Notes under the pieces: generated by a model
The model's input: the letters and a program-made list of their open reading frames with translations, nothing else
Databases searched by the model: none
What the model was told of the DNA's origin: nothing
Position numbers and translations under genes: made by a program
Source of the DNA: a virus
Taxonomy: Duplodnaviria > Caudoviricetes
Reading direction: 5' to 3' (one strand)
DNA: 43,893 nt
IMG/VR virus record: IMGVR_UViG_3300010047_000003
Location: 1 to 43,893 of that record
Shown: positions 33,521-43,587 of the stretch, in pieces
Position numbering within the stretch: position 1 is the stretch's first letter
Layout: each line of letters begins with the position of its first letter

Positions 33521-35533
33521 CTATTGACCCCAAGCTCGCAGATTGGGAGCCTCCATTGGCGGAGGCTGGGTCAGATCTTCTGTTGGTCCGGCTTCTGTCG
33601 GAAGCAATCGACGGATGGTTTGGCCTATCTGCCGGGGCGCATTCACTAATGTCTGTATGGCAGCCGGGGCTTGAGGCGAACCGGGATCACTGGTGATAGT
33701 CGGATAAGTTACTGAAGGTTCCTGCTGAGTCGATTGATCGGTTGAAGGCGCGACATAATCCGGCCGCATCGGAATCGGCGGCCTGACTTGCTTGTCCTGA
33801 CTTGCCGTGTCGGTCGGCGCAGGGGTCGGTTTATAGAGAGATTTGAGTTCATCCTTATGCGCCTGAGTAACCGCGTTAAGCTGGAGAGCGTCCATGGTAG
33901 TTCTGAGAACATCACTGGGCGCCCCTTCCTTCAATTTATTGACACGCGCGTCATACTCAGCCTGCTTCTGATTTAAAAGATCCTCAAAGTTGGCGACGTC
34001 GTAATGGGAAGCTTTGAGATAGGCAATTTTACTTCTCATCATCTGTAACGAATCGGTATCGATAAGAAGCGATTTTGATTGCGCTTGAGCATCCGAATCC
34101 CACTCATTGATTACATATTTTTTGACCCGTTCCAGATCATCCTTGGCCATTGGGCCTTTTTCATTTCCAAGTCCTCGACCAGTAATCCCAAGGGCAAGAT
34201 TGCGTTGTGCATCAAAAGCCTTGTATTCGTCCGTAGTTGCCAGAGCGGGATTAAGTTGAGGAGATTGTCCCGGGATCGTTCTAGGCAAAGCTTTATGAAG
34301 ACCAAGCAAAGTATGGTTGTAATCCATTCCTTGAGCTATCGCCGCAAGGCCTTCCGCCTGATCGGCCGGCAAGCGTTCAGGTTGAATCCCGATATTTTGT
34401 TTTTGGGCCGCAGCGATATAATTCTGCAACTCCTGTGCGTACTCTTTCTCGTTCAGCGTGACTCCGCTTTTCTTGAGATCAGTCAGATAACTGTTGAGAT
34501 TCTGACGCGCAAAATCGGCTACGTCCTGACTGGATGCGAGGTTCTGACCGGCATAGATCTTTTTTGCTAGATCAACATTGGTTTGCGCGGCAGCAACGGC
34601 TTCCGGAGTACCTGCCGCAGCAGGCGTTTCAGGCTCAATCATCCGTGTCCCGGGAAGCGCATTAGCCATATTGAGCTTGTGCGCCTCGGAATAGAACGCA
34701 TCGAATTTTTCCTGGTAATCTTTCTCGGTGACGGTCGAACCGGCCTTGGCCAGCGATTGCACGTAATCCTCAGCTTTAGCCCGAGCGATATCGAGTTCAT
34801 CCTGATTGGAGAGTTCTCCCCGGCCGGTCGGAGTTTTAAGTTTAGAACGATCAACCGGCGCTATGTAAAGCGGACCGGTCAGATCGGGGCTTTGATCTTC
34901 TGTAGAAGTTGACGATGCACCAGCAACCAAGGGGCCCATATAGCCAAGGCTAGCCAGGTTAGCTCTTACTGCAGCAGGCCATTCCGCATTGGTCCGATTG
35001 GGATCATTAGAGGCGCCCACCGGAGCGTATTTGGCACCGATCTTTTCAGGAGTATCAAGGCCTTGATCCAAATAATTGACCTTGAGATTTCGAGCCGTAA
35101 AATCCAAACCCTGTTTAAGAGAATCAAAGGTGCGATAAGCCCCGGCCCGGGAATCGTAAATCCCTGCGGGATTATTTTTGTTTCGCACCATGGGACTGGA
35201 ACCGTTGCCGGTTTCGAACATGGAAATGGCCGCCAGAAGTTTCGGCGAAATGCCATACTTATTAGCGGCGGCAACGAAATCCTGACCGCGGCCGGCCAGA
35301 ACTCCACCTAGATGAGTATCAAGCAATTTAGCCGTATCATCGCCAGAAGGCGGCATATTAGCCGACCAATCCGGCTGATTCGAGTATCCGCCCCCCAAAA
35401 CACTTCCCAATTCCTCTGCCGATAACAGCGGCCGGCCGGAATACGCGCGCTGTTCCAAAAGCCGCAAATCATCAAGAGAAATCGAAGACGCAGGCTTTCG
35501 AGGTTGGAAAATGGATGTGCGCTTTGAGAGCAT
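33521..35533 (-). CDS. ejection protein with glucosaminidase / lysozyme-like domain
   Basis: AANKYGISPKLLAAISMFETGNG..NKNNPAGI..KYAPVGASNDP. Confidence 0.8.
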   Translation of the reverse strand: MLSKRTSIFQPRKPASSISLDDLRLLEQRAYSGRPLLSAEELGSVLGGGYSNQPDWSANMPPSGDDTAKLLDTHLGGVLAGRGQDFVAAANKYGISPKLLAAISMFETGNGSSPMVRNKNNPAGIYDSRAGAYRTFDSLKQGLDFTARNLKVNYLDQGLDTPEKIGAKYAPVGASNDPNRTNAEWPAAVRANLASLGYMGPLVAGASSTSTEDQSPDLTGPLYIAPVDRSKLKTPTGRGELSNQDELDIARAKAEDYVQSLAKAGSTVTEKDYQEKFDAFYSEAHKLNMANALPGTRMIEPETPAAAGTPEAVAAAQTNVDLAKKIYAGQNLASSQDVADFARQNLNSYLTDLKKSGVTLNEKEYAQELQNYIAAAQKQNIGIQPERLPADQAEGLAAIAQGMDYNHTLLGLHKALPRTIPGQSPQLNPALATTDEYKAFDAQRNLALGITGRGLGNEKGPMAKDDLERVKKYVINEWDSDAQAQSKSLLIDTDSLQMMRSKIAYLKASHYDVANFEDLLNQKQAEYDARVNKLKEGAPSDVLRTTMDALQLNAVTQAHKDELKSLYKPTPAPTDTASQDKQVRPPIPMRPDYVAPSTDQSTQQEPSVTYPTITSDPGSPQAPAAIQTLVNAPRQIGQTIRRLLPTEAGPTEDLTQPPPMEAPNLRAWGQ

Positions 35534-35536
35534 GCT

Positions 35537-36121
35537 TTAAATCCCTAGCGTAAATCTCTTATTCAAAACGCTACCCTGCTGATTAGCCTCAAGCGCGCTC
35601 TTGAGTCCCGAACCGATCCTGTCGGCACCGGAGGCTGCATTCGGATTGGGGCCAATAACGATTGGCCGACCTCCGGTGACAGCTCTTTCAGCTTCAGCAG
35701 TCTTGCGTGCCTCGGTACCAGTCGCTTTAATTTCCTGTATCCGATACGGTGCCTGCGCAGCCGCAGCAGCCTGGGCCACTGCAATCTGACGTTGCTGCTC
35801 AAGCATCGATTGATATTGAGACCCCCAATTGGTCAATATCTGCCCAATATACTGTTGTTTTGCCCCGAGACTTTTACCCATCAGCGATTGATAAGTCTCC
35901 TGATCCAAAATTGGATTGCCTTGAGCATCCTTGGTTTTGGACAACATATCGACCATGTCGTTGGCCTGCTGGTTCTGTTCGTAAATCCCGGCTACGTTAG
36001 TAATTGCTTTGGAAAGAGCCGAACCAGCGGTTTCAATCCCTTTAGCGTAACCAGCTCCAATATCAATCGCCGGGGTTGAATAGGTAAGGTTGAAAGCAGG
36101 TTGGGCATATTTAGGTGCCAT
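35537..36121 (-). CDS. DNA-ejection (internal virion) protein
   Basis: Ala/Gln/Gly-rich, no Cys, located in the ejection cluster. Confidence 0.6.
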   Translation of the reverse strand: MAPKYAQPAFNLTYSTPAIDIGAGYAKGIETAGSALSKAITNVAGIYEQNQQANDMVDMLSKTKDAQGNPILDQETYQSLMGKSLGAKQQYIGQILTNWGSQYQSMLEQQRQIAVAQAAAAAQAPYRIQEIKATGTEARKTAEAERAVTGGRPIVIGPNPNAASGADRIGSGLKSALEANQQGSVLNKRFTLGI

Positions 36122-36923
36122 ATTTCATAATCTCCGGGTAATTAAGCTTCGATTCCTGAACCAGGTGCGACATATTCGAAATCTGCTTCTTTAGTTTCGG
36201 ACAGTAAACTTCTTGGCCTGCGCGCCGTTTGTCCACGCATCGGATACAAGCAGGCCAATAATCGGAATTAAAAGTTTTATCGTCCCATTCACAACGATTT
36301 TTCAGATCGTAACGATCCTTCTGGTAAGGAACTTTGAAGGTCTCGATGTAATCCCAGACATTGTCGTGAGACCAATCTTTGAGGGGATAGATAAAATCCG
36401 GGCCGACATCACGATAAAGAAGCCGGGTCTCCAGTGGAATCAAGCCGCAGATCTGGTCACTGTCACAATTCTTATGAGCAATTAAAACAATGTCCCACGG
36501 GAAAATAAAAGTTCCCACCGGCCGCGTGAAAAAGTTTATCCCGCACAAGTACTTGTCCGGATCAGCACCGTCTTCGTACTCGACAATATTTTTAGGCACC
36601 ATCGTCGTTGAGATCTCAGAAACCTGGTACTCATTGACAAACGCAGCGATTCCGTTGCCGTAAGCCATCGAGGTCCGAATCGGAGGATAATCGTAAACCT
36701 CTAGTTCCCACTGCGAAATTAACGACCGCGCAAAATCGTATTTCCGCGGAAACCAGGGATCTTGATAAAAGACAATCGGAATATCCCAGCCAGCAGTCTT
36801 GAGGATGTGAAGGAGAACGGTAGAATCTTTCCCGAACGAACAATAAAAAGCCGGGCTACAATAACGAGACAATTCCTTCGTTAAAAATTCATCAACCTCA
36901 GTTGCCTTTTGACTCAGGTTCAT
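36111..36923 (-). CDS. PAPS-reductase-family (PP-loop) protein
   Basis: CSFGKDSTVLLHIL, YPLKDWSHDNVWDYI, C-terminal CIRC..CP; probable start ATG 36923. Confidence 0.85.
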   Translation of the reverse strand: MNLSQKATEVDEFLTKELSRYCSPAFYCSFGKDSTVLLHILKTAGWDIPIVFYQDPWFPRKYDFARSLISQWELEVYDYPPIRTSMAYGNGIAAFVNEYQVSEISTTMVPKNIVEYEDGADPDKYLCGINFFTRPVGTFIFPWDIVLIAHKNCDSDQICGLIPLETRLLYRDVGPDFIYPLKDWSHDNVWDYIETFKVPYQKDRYDLKNRCEWDDKTFNSDYWPACIRCVDKRRAGQEVYCPKLKKQISNMSHLVQESKLNYPEIMKYGT

Positions 36924-37359
36924 CGGACTTCTTAAACTCCTTAACCGGATACGAAAACGAGATATTCGCGATTTTTCTTGAGTAATCGGCATCACTCTCC
37001 GGAGGCACGGTCAATTCTTCGCCGGCCTTGATATCACGGGCGGTGATAAGAACATCCTGACCGTCTACCACGCCACCCAACTGGATATTGGCCTTTTCAC
37101 CTTCCGGTGGAAAATTCAAGAACTGCGCTTCGTCTCCACACATAATCAAATCACTCGGATAATTGGGATTAGCGTAACATCGTTCCCAGAGTTTCGCTTG
37201 TTCCTCCTTGGAAGCTCTGGCCCAGACATGCTGCATCACTAGGTGATCAAAAATCCGGGAGAACTTCCAGACCAAGGTGCCTTTAGGGATATCGCTAAGA
37301 GCGAAACAACCATATCCGTGAATCGCTGAAGGCCTGACTTCTACCGGTATTCGAATCAT
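36898..37359 (-). CDS. SET-domain protein
   Basis: VRPSAIHGYGCFALSDIPKGTLVW..AQFLNF..TARDIKAGEELT; probable start ATG 37359. Confidence 0.88.
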   Translation of the reverse strand: MIRIPVEVRPSAIHGYGCFALSDIPKGTLVWKFSRIFDHLVMQHVWARASKEEQAKLWERCYANPNYPSDLIMCGDEAQFLNFPPEGEKANIQLGGVVDGQDVLITARDIKAGEELTVPPESDADYSRKIANISFSYPVKEFKKSDEPESKGN

Positions 37360-37363
37360 AAAG

Positions 37364-38836
37364 CTAAAAAATCGCAACGCCTGCCGTCAACCCGGCACCT
37401 AAAAGTGAAGCGCCGGCACCGATCATGGCGCCTTGTGCATTCCCCCGACTCTGCGCATTAACCATATTAGCCTGAGCTGTCGCATTCATCTGCGCCATCT
37501 GGTTCTGATTCATGAGAGACAAAACGCCGCTCGACTGGAAAAGATCCGGACCCCCGGTCCCATAGACATTGGCCCCATAACCAAGTTGAGCCAAATTCGG
37601 ACCTTGCACCGGAGTACCTAAAATCGAGTTCATATACGATTGCCCAACCCCGCCAAGATACTGGAGGCCACTAGTCCCGGCAGCCTGTTGCCGATAGAGT
37701 TCATCCAAAATCGATCCCTGCAAGCCGGCAGCCTGCTGCATCCCGGTCTGAAACGCTCCAGTAGCCTGTTGCAAAAGGCCGGCTTGCGTCTGGCGCGCCT
37801 GCGCGAGGTTACCGGCAATCGCTTGTTGCAAACCGCTCTGAGCCGCGATCTGTGCCTGATTCAAACCGGCAATCCCTTGCGTCATCTGTGCGGCAGCCTG
37901 CTGATTTGCCATTGTTGCTTGCAGATCTGCCTGGGTCCAACCCATCGCGTTAGCCATTCGCTCCTGGGCCTGCTGGTCAGCCAATTGAGAAACCCCAGAA
38001 GCAAACGTTTCCCGTTGCTGTAACCGTTGTTGCTGATAAACATCGCGATTAAGAAGTTCAGCGGCGACACTTGGATTAGATTGCATCATTCCGCGAGCAC
38101 TGAAAGCCGCACGCGCCTGTTGCGCGACATCCTGAGCTTCCTGCTGCGAGATCTGACCACCAAGAGCTAATTGACTTGAAGCAGTATCTTTGAGTTGCTG
38201 GGTGAGCGGATCGAGTTGTCCCAACTGACTCATAATCGTTTTGCCGGTCGTCTGCCAATCCGCAGTACGCGTGTTAGCGGCTACCTGATCACGAATACGC
38301 GCTAAATCCGCAGCAGAAGTCTCCGTACCCGCTTTTTCATAGAGACCTTGTAACGCCTGATTAACACCCGTAACATCCTGACCGGTTTGACGGGCTAAAT
38401 CCTGTAAACTTTGCACCTGACCGGGGAGCTGTTGTTGAATGTTAGAAAGGATTCCCTGCAACGTCTGATTGGGGGCTGCCGCCAATTGGCCGGCAGCAAC
38501 CTGTTGCAGTTGATTGTAAATCGGATTAGACGCTTCGACTCGGCCAAGCCCTGCTTGAACTATTCCCATTGTCCCCAAAGTCGCCTGACCAGCTGCGCCT
38601 TGTGCTTGATTGGCAACCTGTTGAGCCTGCGGGATCATATTCAAATATTGTTGCCCATAAGCTTGGATATTCCCTAGGTTCATCTGCTGCTCTAACTGGT
38701 TGTAGAGCGGCTGATAAGTCGATTCTTCAGCATAAAGCTTCGGAGCGTTTGCGACATAAGCTCCGAGACTCGCAGCGTATTCCTTTGCCGTATCAGGCGC
38801 TTTTGGTGTTGGGACTCTTGGTGCTCCTCCTCCCAT
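37364..38836 (-). CDS. Gln/Ala-rich DNA-ejection (pilot-like) protein
   Basis: 490-aa coiled coil; N-terminal MGGG; C-terminal Gly/Ala hydrophobic helix. Confidence 0.7.
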   Translation of the reverse strand: MGGGAPRVPTPKAPDTAKEYAASLGAYVANAPKLYAEESTYQPLYNQLEQQMNLGNIQAYGQQYLNMIPQAQQVANQAQGAAGQATLGTMGIVQAGLGRVEASNPIYNQLQQVAAGQLAAAPNQTLQGILSNIQQQLPGQVQSLQDLARQTGQDVTGVNQALQGLYEKAGTETSAADLARIRDQVAANTRTADWQTTGKTIMSQLGQLDPLTQQLKDTASSQLALGGQISQQEAQDVAQQARAAFSARGMMQSNPSVAAELLNRDVYQQQRLQQRETFASGVSQLADQQAQERMANAMGWTQADLQATMANQQAAAQMTQGIAGLNQAQIAAQSGLQQAIAGNLAQARQTQAGLLQQATGAFQTGMQQAAGLQGSILDELYRQQAAGTSGLQYLGGVGQSYMNSILGTPVQGPNLAQLGYGANVYGTGGPDLFQSSGVLSLMNQNQMAQMNATAQANMVNAQSRGNAQGAMIGAGASLLGAGLTAGVAIF

Positions 38837-38851
38837 AATTACCTCTTTTCT

Positions 38852-39220
38852 CTAGGCCTCTACTAACTCTTGAGCCTTAACTTTGAAATCCTTCCAGAAA
38901 AGTTTATCCCAGCTTATAATACGAATTTTCCCTCGCCGCTTAAATGCCACCCAATCAAGTCTAAAAGGCGCTTCCAAACAGAGCTCATACGAAGACATCG
39001 CGCCTTTCTCCGTTGTCCAAAAATAAATGTACCAAGCATTGTGCGGTCGAAGGTGCCAATCAAGCGATTTTCCGTCACTCCAGGTTGTCTCGCCCATAAG
39101 CAGAAAATTCGGACGGCAAATAATAACCCCATGAAAAAAACAACGAAGAATGGTCTGAGACAAGGCGCCTGGGGGTTCGTTTTGTTCATACCATTCTTTG
39201 GCAACTTGTCCGACATTCAT
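38852..39220 (-). CDS. hypothetical protein (possibly GNAT-like)
   Basis: 122 aa between the fibre and the first ejection gene; AWYIYFW and WVAFKRRG; function inferred from synteny only. Confidence 0.55.
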   Translation of the reverse strand: MNVGQVAKEWYEQNEPPGALSQTILRCFFHGVIICRPNFLLMGETTWSDGKSLDWHLRPHNAWYIYFWTTEKGAMSSYELCLEAPFRLDWVAFKRRGKIRIISWDKLFWKDFKVKAQELVEA

Positions 39221-41286
39221 GACTTAATGATGTAGTAGCACACTGCGAATGGCGGCATGTTATTGTGCCCTGCGTTACCCCCCGTATTCTGGATATTGGC
39301 TGGGGCAGTTTGGGCAGTAATTTGCTGCCCCACAAAACGGATACCGGTTTGGTTAGATGAAGTATTCGATGGACCAATTCCCGGCGCATTCCACGCACCA
39401 CCTGAGCTAACGCTGAATTGATTCGCGGCTGGGTAAATGGTGTGAGAATGACCAGGATCGTTGAAGGTGTGATCGTGCCAATCGCATAAATGAGCGTGTC
39501 CAATATCTGTATGGCCATGTGTCGCTAATTCTGCAATTGAAAGCGCATGATTTTCCTCGCCCCCGAGGCTGCCGAAAGCGCGGCCCGTGATTCCCCCGAC
39601 GGGAGCTGTAACATAACCAATTGGCGCTCTACCCCTGAAATCCGGTAAATTAAAAGTGTTAACATTATCGCCAGGACCCCAATAAGTTCCGATCGCCGCA
39701 AAAAGTGCGGCATAAGTTGTTCGTGAAACCTGTGTACCATCGCAAACAAACCAGCCACCAGGAATATTTGGTCCGCCAAAAATATGAATTGTACCCGGAG
39801 CGATGATCAGATTGACGAGAGCGTCGGAAAGTTTCGCGAGAGTAACCGCTTTATCTTGAATCGAAGCCGTATCGACCTGATGAACACTGTCGAGTAGATA
39901 GCCAATTACGCCGGCTTGATCGACCGTTTTAAGCCTCCCATCAACCGCAAGCCCCACGGCTCGCGTGTTACCACTTGTGCCACGTTTAAACCCGAGCGCC
40001 GGAAAATATCCGTCGTTAGCTTTATTCGCTTCAGTCCCCTCAACGATGACACCAGAACTTTCAGCCGATCCGGCGCCGACAACGGTATCCACCGCGTGAT
40101 CGATAATTCCGACAGCCGTATCACCGGCTTTATTGACCGGCGTATAACCAAGAGCTCCGATAACAGCATTACCACTAGTCGTGACACTAGCCCCGCTGTT
40201 TATGACCGTACCGGAGGCGGCATTGCCAGCAGCACCCGTATTGGTTGCCGTAACGACATTGCCGGCCACGCTCACAGTTGCGTAACTTCCGGCTCCCGCA
40301 ATCGAGAGAACTAAGCCAGCCGAAATTCCGGTGACACTCGTCATCGTAATAGCGACATTGGAATTCACGGCAGGAGTCGTGAAACCGGCTGAGGTAGTGG
40401 TCGATATCCCTGGGTCCAGGTTTGCAGCCTTGATTTGGCCCACCCCAATATCGCCACTCTTTATTGATTGCGCTTGATACGCTCCAGCCGGCACGACATT
40501 CGGAAGAAAAAGCGAAGGTCGCGCGATGCACCCATCTTGGAGCATGGTTGAATCCACTGATGGCGCCGTAACAAACAACGACGTATCGTCAACAAACTCG
40601 GTTGCGACTTCCCCAATCTGCATTTTCAACCGGCTAAAAAGGACATTCTTCGCTGGATCATTAATGGCACCCGCCGGCAATTGAATCGCTACCACCAACC
40701 CGTTGGCAACATTGGGCAAAGTTGAAAGATCATGCGTTACGCTTACGAACGTCCAGATCGCATTCGAACAGGTCTGAAGATTCACCGTTAACTGCAAGGT
40801 AATGGTGTTGAAGTTGTTGAAGGCATCACACGTATAAACGTTCAACACGGGACTGATCATTAAACCGGTGCCGTTATAAATCTGTCCACTAAACGTACAA
40901 TTCCGCCGCAACGTCGCACTCAAGTCACCATTGATGTGCTGACCAAACTCAACCGTCGATACGCTCGCTGCTCCCTGAACTTCGGCAGAAAAAAGGCTGA
41001 ACTGGTCGGGCACAGTCTGAGAACGCAAGAACATCACGGCTGCACCCTGCGGGTGCACCAACCAATAATCCGCATTACCCGTCCATACATTTACCGGACA
41101 GGAAACACCGGTTGGAGTCGTCCAAAAAGATGAATAGAAATTACCGTTCCTCAGAAAATTCTGATCATTAACAGGATCCGCCAAGGCAAGGTCTACGACT
41201 GGGGTCCCCAGCAAATTGAGTTTATCAGCAGTAAGGATGTCCTCCGGACCCACGATGTAAGAAGGTTTAACAACTAAATCCGCCAT
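39217..41286 (-). CDS. tail fibre with tail-collar domain and His-x-His tip
   Basis: PGGWFVCDGTQVSRTTYAALFAAIGT..TFNLPDFRGR; HGH, HAH, HDH and HSH; HNNMPPF..YYIIK. Confidence 0.9.
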   Translation of the reverse strand: MADLVVKPSYIVGPEDILTADKLNLLGTPVVDLALADPVNDQNFLRNGNFYSSFWTTPTGVSCPVNVWTGNADYWLVHPQGAAVMFLRSQTVPDQFSLFSAEVQGAASVSTVEFGQHINGDLSATLRRNCTFSGQIYNGTGLMISPVLNVYTCDAFNNFNTITLQLTVNLQTCSNAIWTFVSVTHDLSTLPNVANGLVVAIQLPAGAINDPAKNVLFSRLKMQIGEVATEFVDDTSLFVTAPSVDSTMLQDGCIARPSLFLPNVVPAGAYQAQSIKSGDIGVGQIKAANLDPGISTTTSAGFTTPAVNSNVAITMTSVTGISAGLVLSIAGAGSYATVSVAGNVVTATNTGAAGNAASGTVINSGASVTTSGNAVIGALGYTPVNKAGDTAVGIIDHAVDTVVGAGSAESSGVIVEGTEANKANDGYFPALGFKRGTSGNTRAVGLAVDGRLKTVDQAGVIGYLLDSVHQVDTASIQDKAVTLAKLSDALVNLIIAPGTIHIFGGPNIPGGWFVCDGTQVSRTTYAALFAAIGTYWGPGDNVNTFNLPDFRGRAPIGYVTAPVGGITGRAFGSLGGEENHALSIAELATHGHTDIGHAHLCDWHDHTFNDPGHSHTIYPAANQFSVSSGGAWNAPGIGPSNTSSNQTGIRFVGQQITAQTAPANIQNTGGNAGHNNMPPFAVCYYIIKS

Positions 41287-41289
41287 AAC

Positions 41290-42945
41290 TCAAATTTGTG
41301 AACGTTCCTGACGTTGATCTTCAAAACCTTCGAAAATAACTGAGCGAAGCCCGAATGTTCCCTGCTCGTTACCAATCCGCAGCTGACAGTATCGGCCGAA
41401 CATCCCGATCCGGTAACGCTTTGAAATTTCCTGTTCCCGCTCAAGCTGAACCCCATTGTATCCCAGTCGAAGAGGCAGTTTCACGCTATAATCCTGACGA
41501 TAAGCGTCCGCATGATCATCATTGAGGTTAACGACATTCCATTTCGGCTTTCCCCACACTTCGTATTTCGTGCGGTCACTCGAAGTCGCGCGCGCAATCG
41601 ACTTGGCATTTCCACCATCGCAAAACGCATCGATATCATAACGGGAATTCCACAAAGAAACATCAAGTTGAACCCGCTGAAAATTCGAGCGTGGGCCGCC
41701 TCCGAGATACCCGCGAGTGATAACATCGCTCTTGATCTGGTATTCACTTGCCGAAGTCTGACCAAGCAAATCGGTCTTTCCCTGCTCAAGTAAAACGATC
41801 ATTCCACGTTCGCGATCAATCGCGAAGAGGCGCCGCTCATTATTGTAGCTTGAACGGACCAAATCATCGATCCGGAAATCCTGATCATCGAAAGTGTCTA
41901 TCGATTCCCAACTCTGCAAAATCAGGTTGTACACAATCAATGCATTGTTCCGAATCGCGTTTTTCAAGGGGATCGCAAAATACAAACGCTCCCGTCGCGC
42001 GTTCGCACGAATCCCTGCCGCCGCATTCCAATTTATCTCATTAATAATCGGCTTGATCGCATCACTGATCGGTAAAGCCTGCACCTGCGGCGAATTCTCG
42101 AAGATCTGGCTGATCTGGTAAACCCCAGTAAAATCCATGAAATAAACATCGTTCCCAATCGAGACCACTGCTTTCAAACCCACTAACCCTCGATCTGTCG
42201 AAACAACGTCCATGGTCGTCTGACTCAAATCCCCGTACACATTCGAAACCTTATAGATCGAATGGTTCTTAAACATTAAAAGCGTTTGCTTGATCCAGGG
42301 AAATACCCGAATCAACGAATCGCTTTCACCAAAATTGATCTGAAAATTGGCAAGAAACCAATCATACATCGTGTAGTCCCCAATATCTGAGACTGCGATG
42401 CGATCCTTTCCATAAGGGACAATCAACCGATTCGCATAAAACTCACCCGTATCCGCATTAGGTATAGTGTCCCGGCCGCCGGTCGGGGGCGGAAAAGGAG
42501 TCCAAAAAACAGACCAGTCCCCATTCCACACAAGCGGAATATGATTGGGTCCACGAAACAAAAAGAACTTGTCAAAAGCCTGCACGAAATTGACAGGGTA
42601 AGTAAGTGCTTCCTCTAAGGGAACGAACCGAGGCGCCTCCCCATCGCGCACAAACCAAACCCCGCTCTTTACGGCTACAGCAAGCCACTCCAACCCATCG
42701 GGGTTAGAAAAAATCTCAACACCGAAAATGCGGTTATAGTTGGCATAATTAAAACTCCCGGGCATTAACGAGCCGCCCCGCGTCACAAGGCTCCCGTTCT
42801 CACTACGCACATTGTAAGCCTCGCGATAGGTCCCCGGTTTCATTGCCGCGGGGTCCCGCGTTTTCATATCAAGCCCGTAGAAAGCATTGTCACCAACCTG
42901 GGTAAGAGGTTCATCATTCTGTGCAGTTTTTGCCCATCTCGGCAT
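41290..42945 (-). CDS. tail nozzle / stabilisation protein (tubular B, P22 gp10-like)
   Basis: 551 aa, beta-rich with aromatic residues; GDNAFYGLD, NRLIVP and ERLYFAIP; upstream of the fibre and ejection genes. Confidence 0.75.
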   Translation of the reverse strand: MPRWAKTAQNDEPLTQVGDNAFYGLDMKTRDPAAMKPGTYREAYNVRSENGSLVTRGGSLMPGSFNYANYNRIFGVEIFSNPDGLEWLAVAVKSGVWFVRDGEAPRFVPLEEALTYPVNFVQAFDKFFLFRGPNHIPLVWNGDWSVFWTPFPPPTGGRDTIPNADTGEFYANRLIVPYGKDRIAVSDIGDYTMYDWFLANFQINFGESDSLIRVFPWIKQTLLMFKNHSIYKVSNVYGDLSQTTMDVVSTDRGLVGLKAVVSIGNDVYFMDFTGVYQISQIFENSPQVQALPISDAIKPIINEINWNAAAGIRANARRERLYFAIPLKNAIRNNALIVYNLILQSWESIDTFDDQDFRIDDLVRSSYNNERRLFAIDRERGMIVLLEQGKTDLLGQTSASEYQIKSDVITRGYLGGGPRSNFQRVQLDVSLWNSRYDIDAFCDGGNAKSIARATSSDRTKYEVWGKPKWNVVNLNDDHADAYRQDYSVKLPLRLGYNGVQLEREQEISKRYRIGMFGRYCQLRIGNEQGTFGLRSVIFEGFEDQRQERSQI

Positions 42946-42946
42946 T

Positions 42947-43123
42947 TTAACGGATTCCCAAAAGCGGCAACAATTGAAGAATCACCCAGATCACGAACAA
43001 GACCGTTACGACCACCTGAATAATTCGCGCATACGGCGCAAAAAACGGAATCTGAAGCAAGGCCCATAACAGCAAACCAACGATAAGAGCCGCAATCAGA
43101 ATATGGATAATTAAGGTGATCAT
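42947..43123 (-). CDS. 58-aa two-TM membrane protein (holin candidate)
   Basis: MITLIIHILIAALIVGLLLWALLQIPFFAPYARIIQVVVTVLFVIWVILQLLPLLGIR; ATGA overlap with the endolysin stop. Confidence 0.7.
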   Translation of the reverse strand: MITLIIHILIAALIVGLLLWALLQIPFFAPYARIIQVVVTVLFVIWVILQLLPLLGIR

Positions 43124-43587
43124 ACCGGTTTTCCGCTAACAACATCCAGACCATTCATTTTTCGATTATGAAGTTCCGAAATGGATAAACCCAGTTTCAG
43201 CTGAAAATGCGGTTCATCGACAAATTTCCAGCGTCCGCCCCATTCAAGGCCGAGGGATTCGCCGATCTCGCCACAAGTCTTATAAGCATTACTTTCGCCG
43301 TAATACTTTTTGCCGTCCGCTGAAAAAACCCCGATATCGAAAGCGGTACCGAAATTGTGCCAGCTCTGACCACCCTTTGCCTTGGTCACAATTTGCCCGG
43401 GCTTAGTCCGTCCTTGAGCGTAAAGTTCGTTTTGCTCCTCATAGGAACGCAATCCACTGATCACTTTAACGGTAATCCCGCGCTCAAGAGCCTGCTCAAT
43501 CAACCGACAGGCCAACGGCTGCAACTCAAAGTGCAATGTCGCAATGTTACGGGCGCTTCTCTCGTCAATGGCCATTTTAATGAACAA
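43120..43587 (-). CDS. endolysin, peptidase M15 (L-Ala-D-Glu peptidase-like)
   Basis: GLRSYEEQNELYAQGRT, SWHNFGTAFD, LEWGGRW and DEPHFQ motifs. Confidence 0.92.
   Translation of the reverse strand: MFIKMAIDERSARNIATLHFELQPLACRLIEQALERGITVKVISGLRSYEEQNELYAQGRTKPGQIVTKAKGGQSWHNFGTAFDIGVFSADGKKYYGESNAYKTCGEIGESLGLEWGGRWKFVDEPHFQLKLGLSISELHNRKMNGLDVVSGKPV

Noticed and set aside
37693-37701. Isolated GATAGAGTT arm-like box
   Set aside because: Single copy inside a coding region with no core nearby
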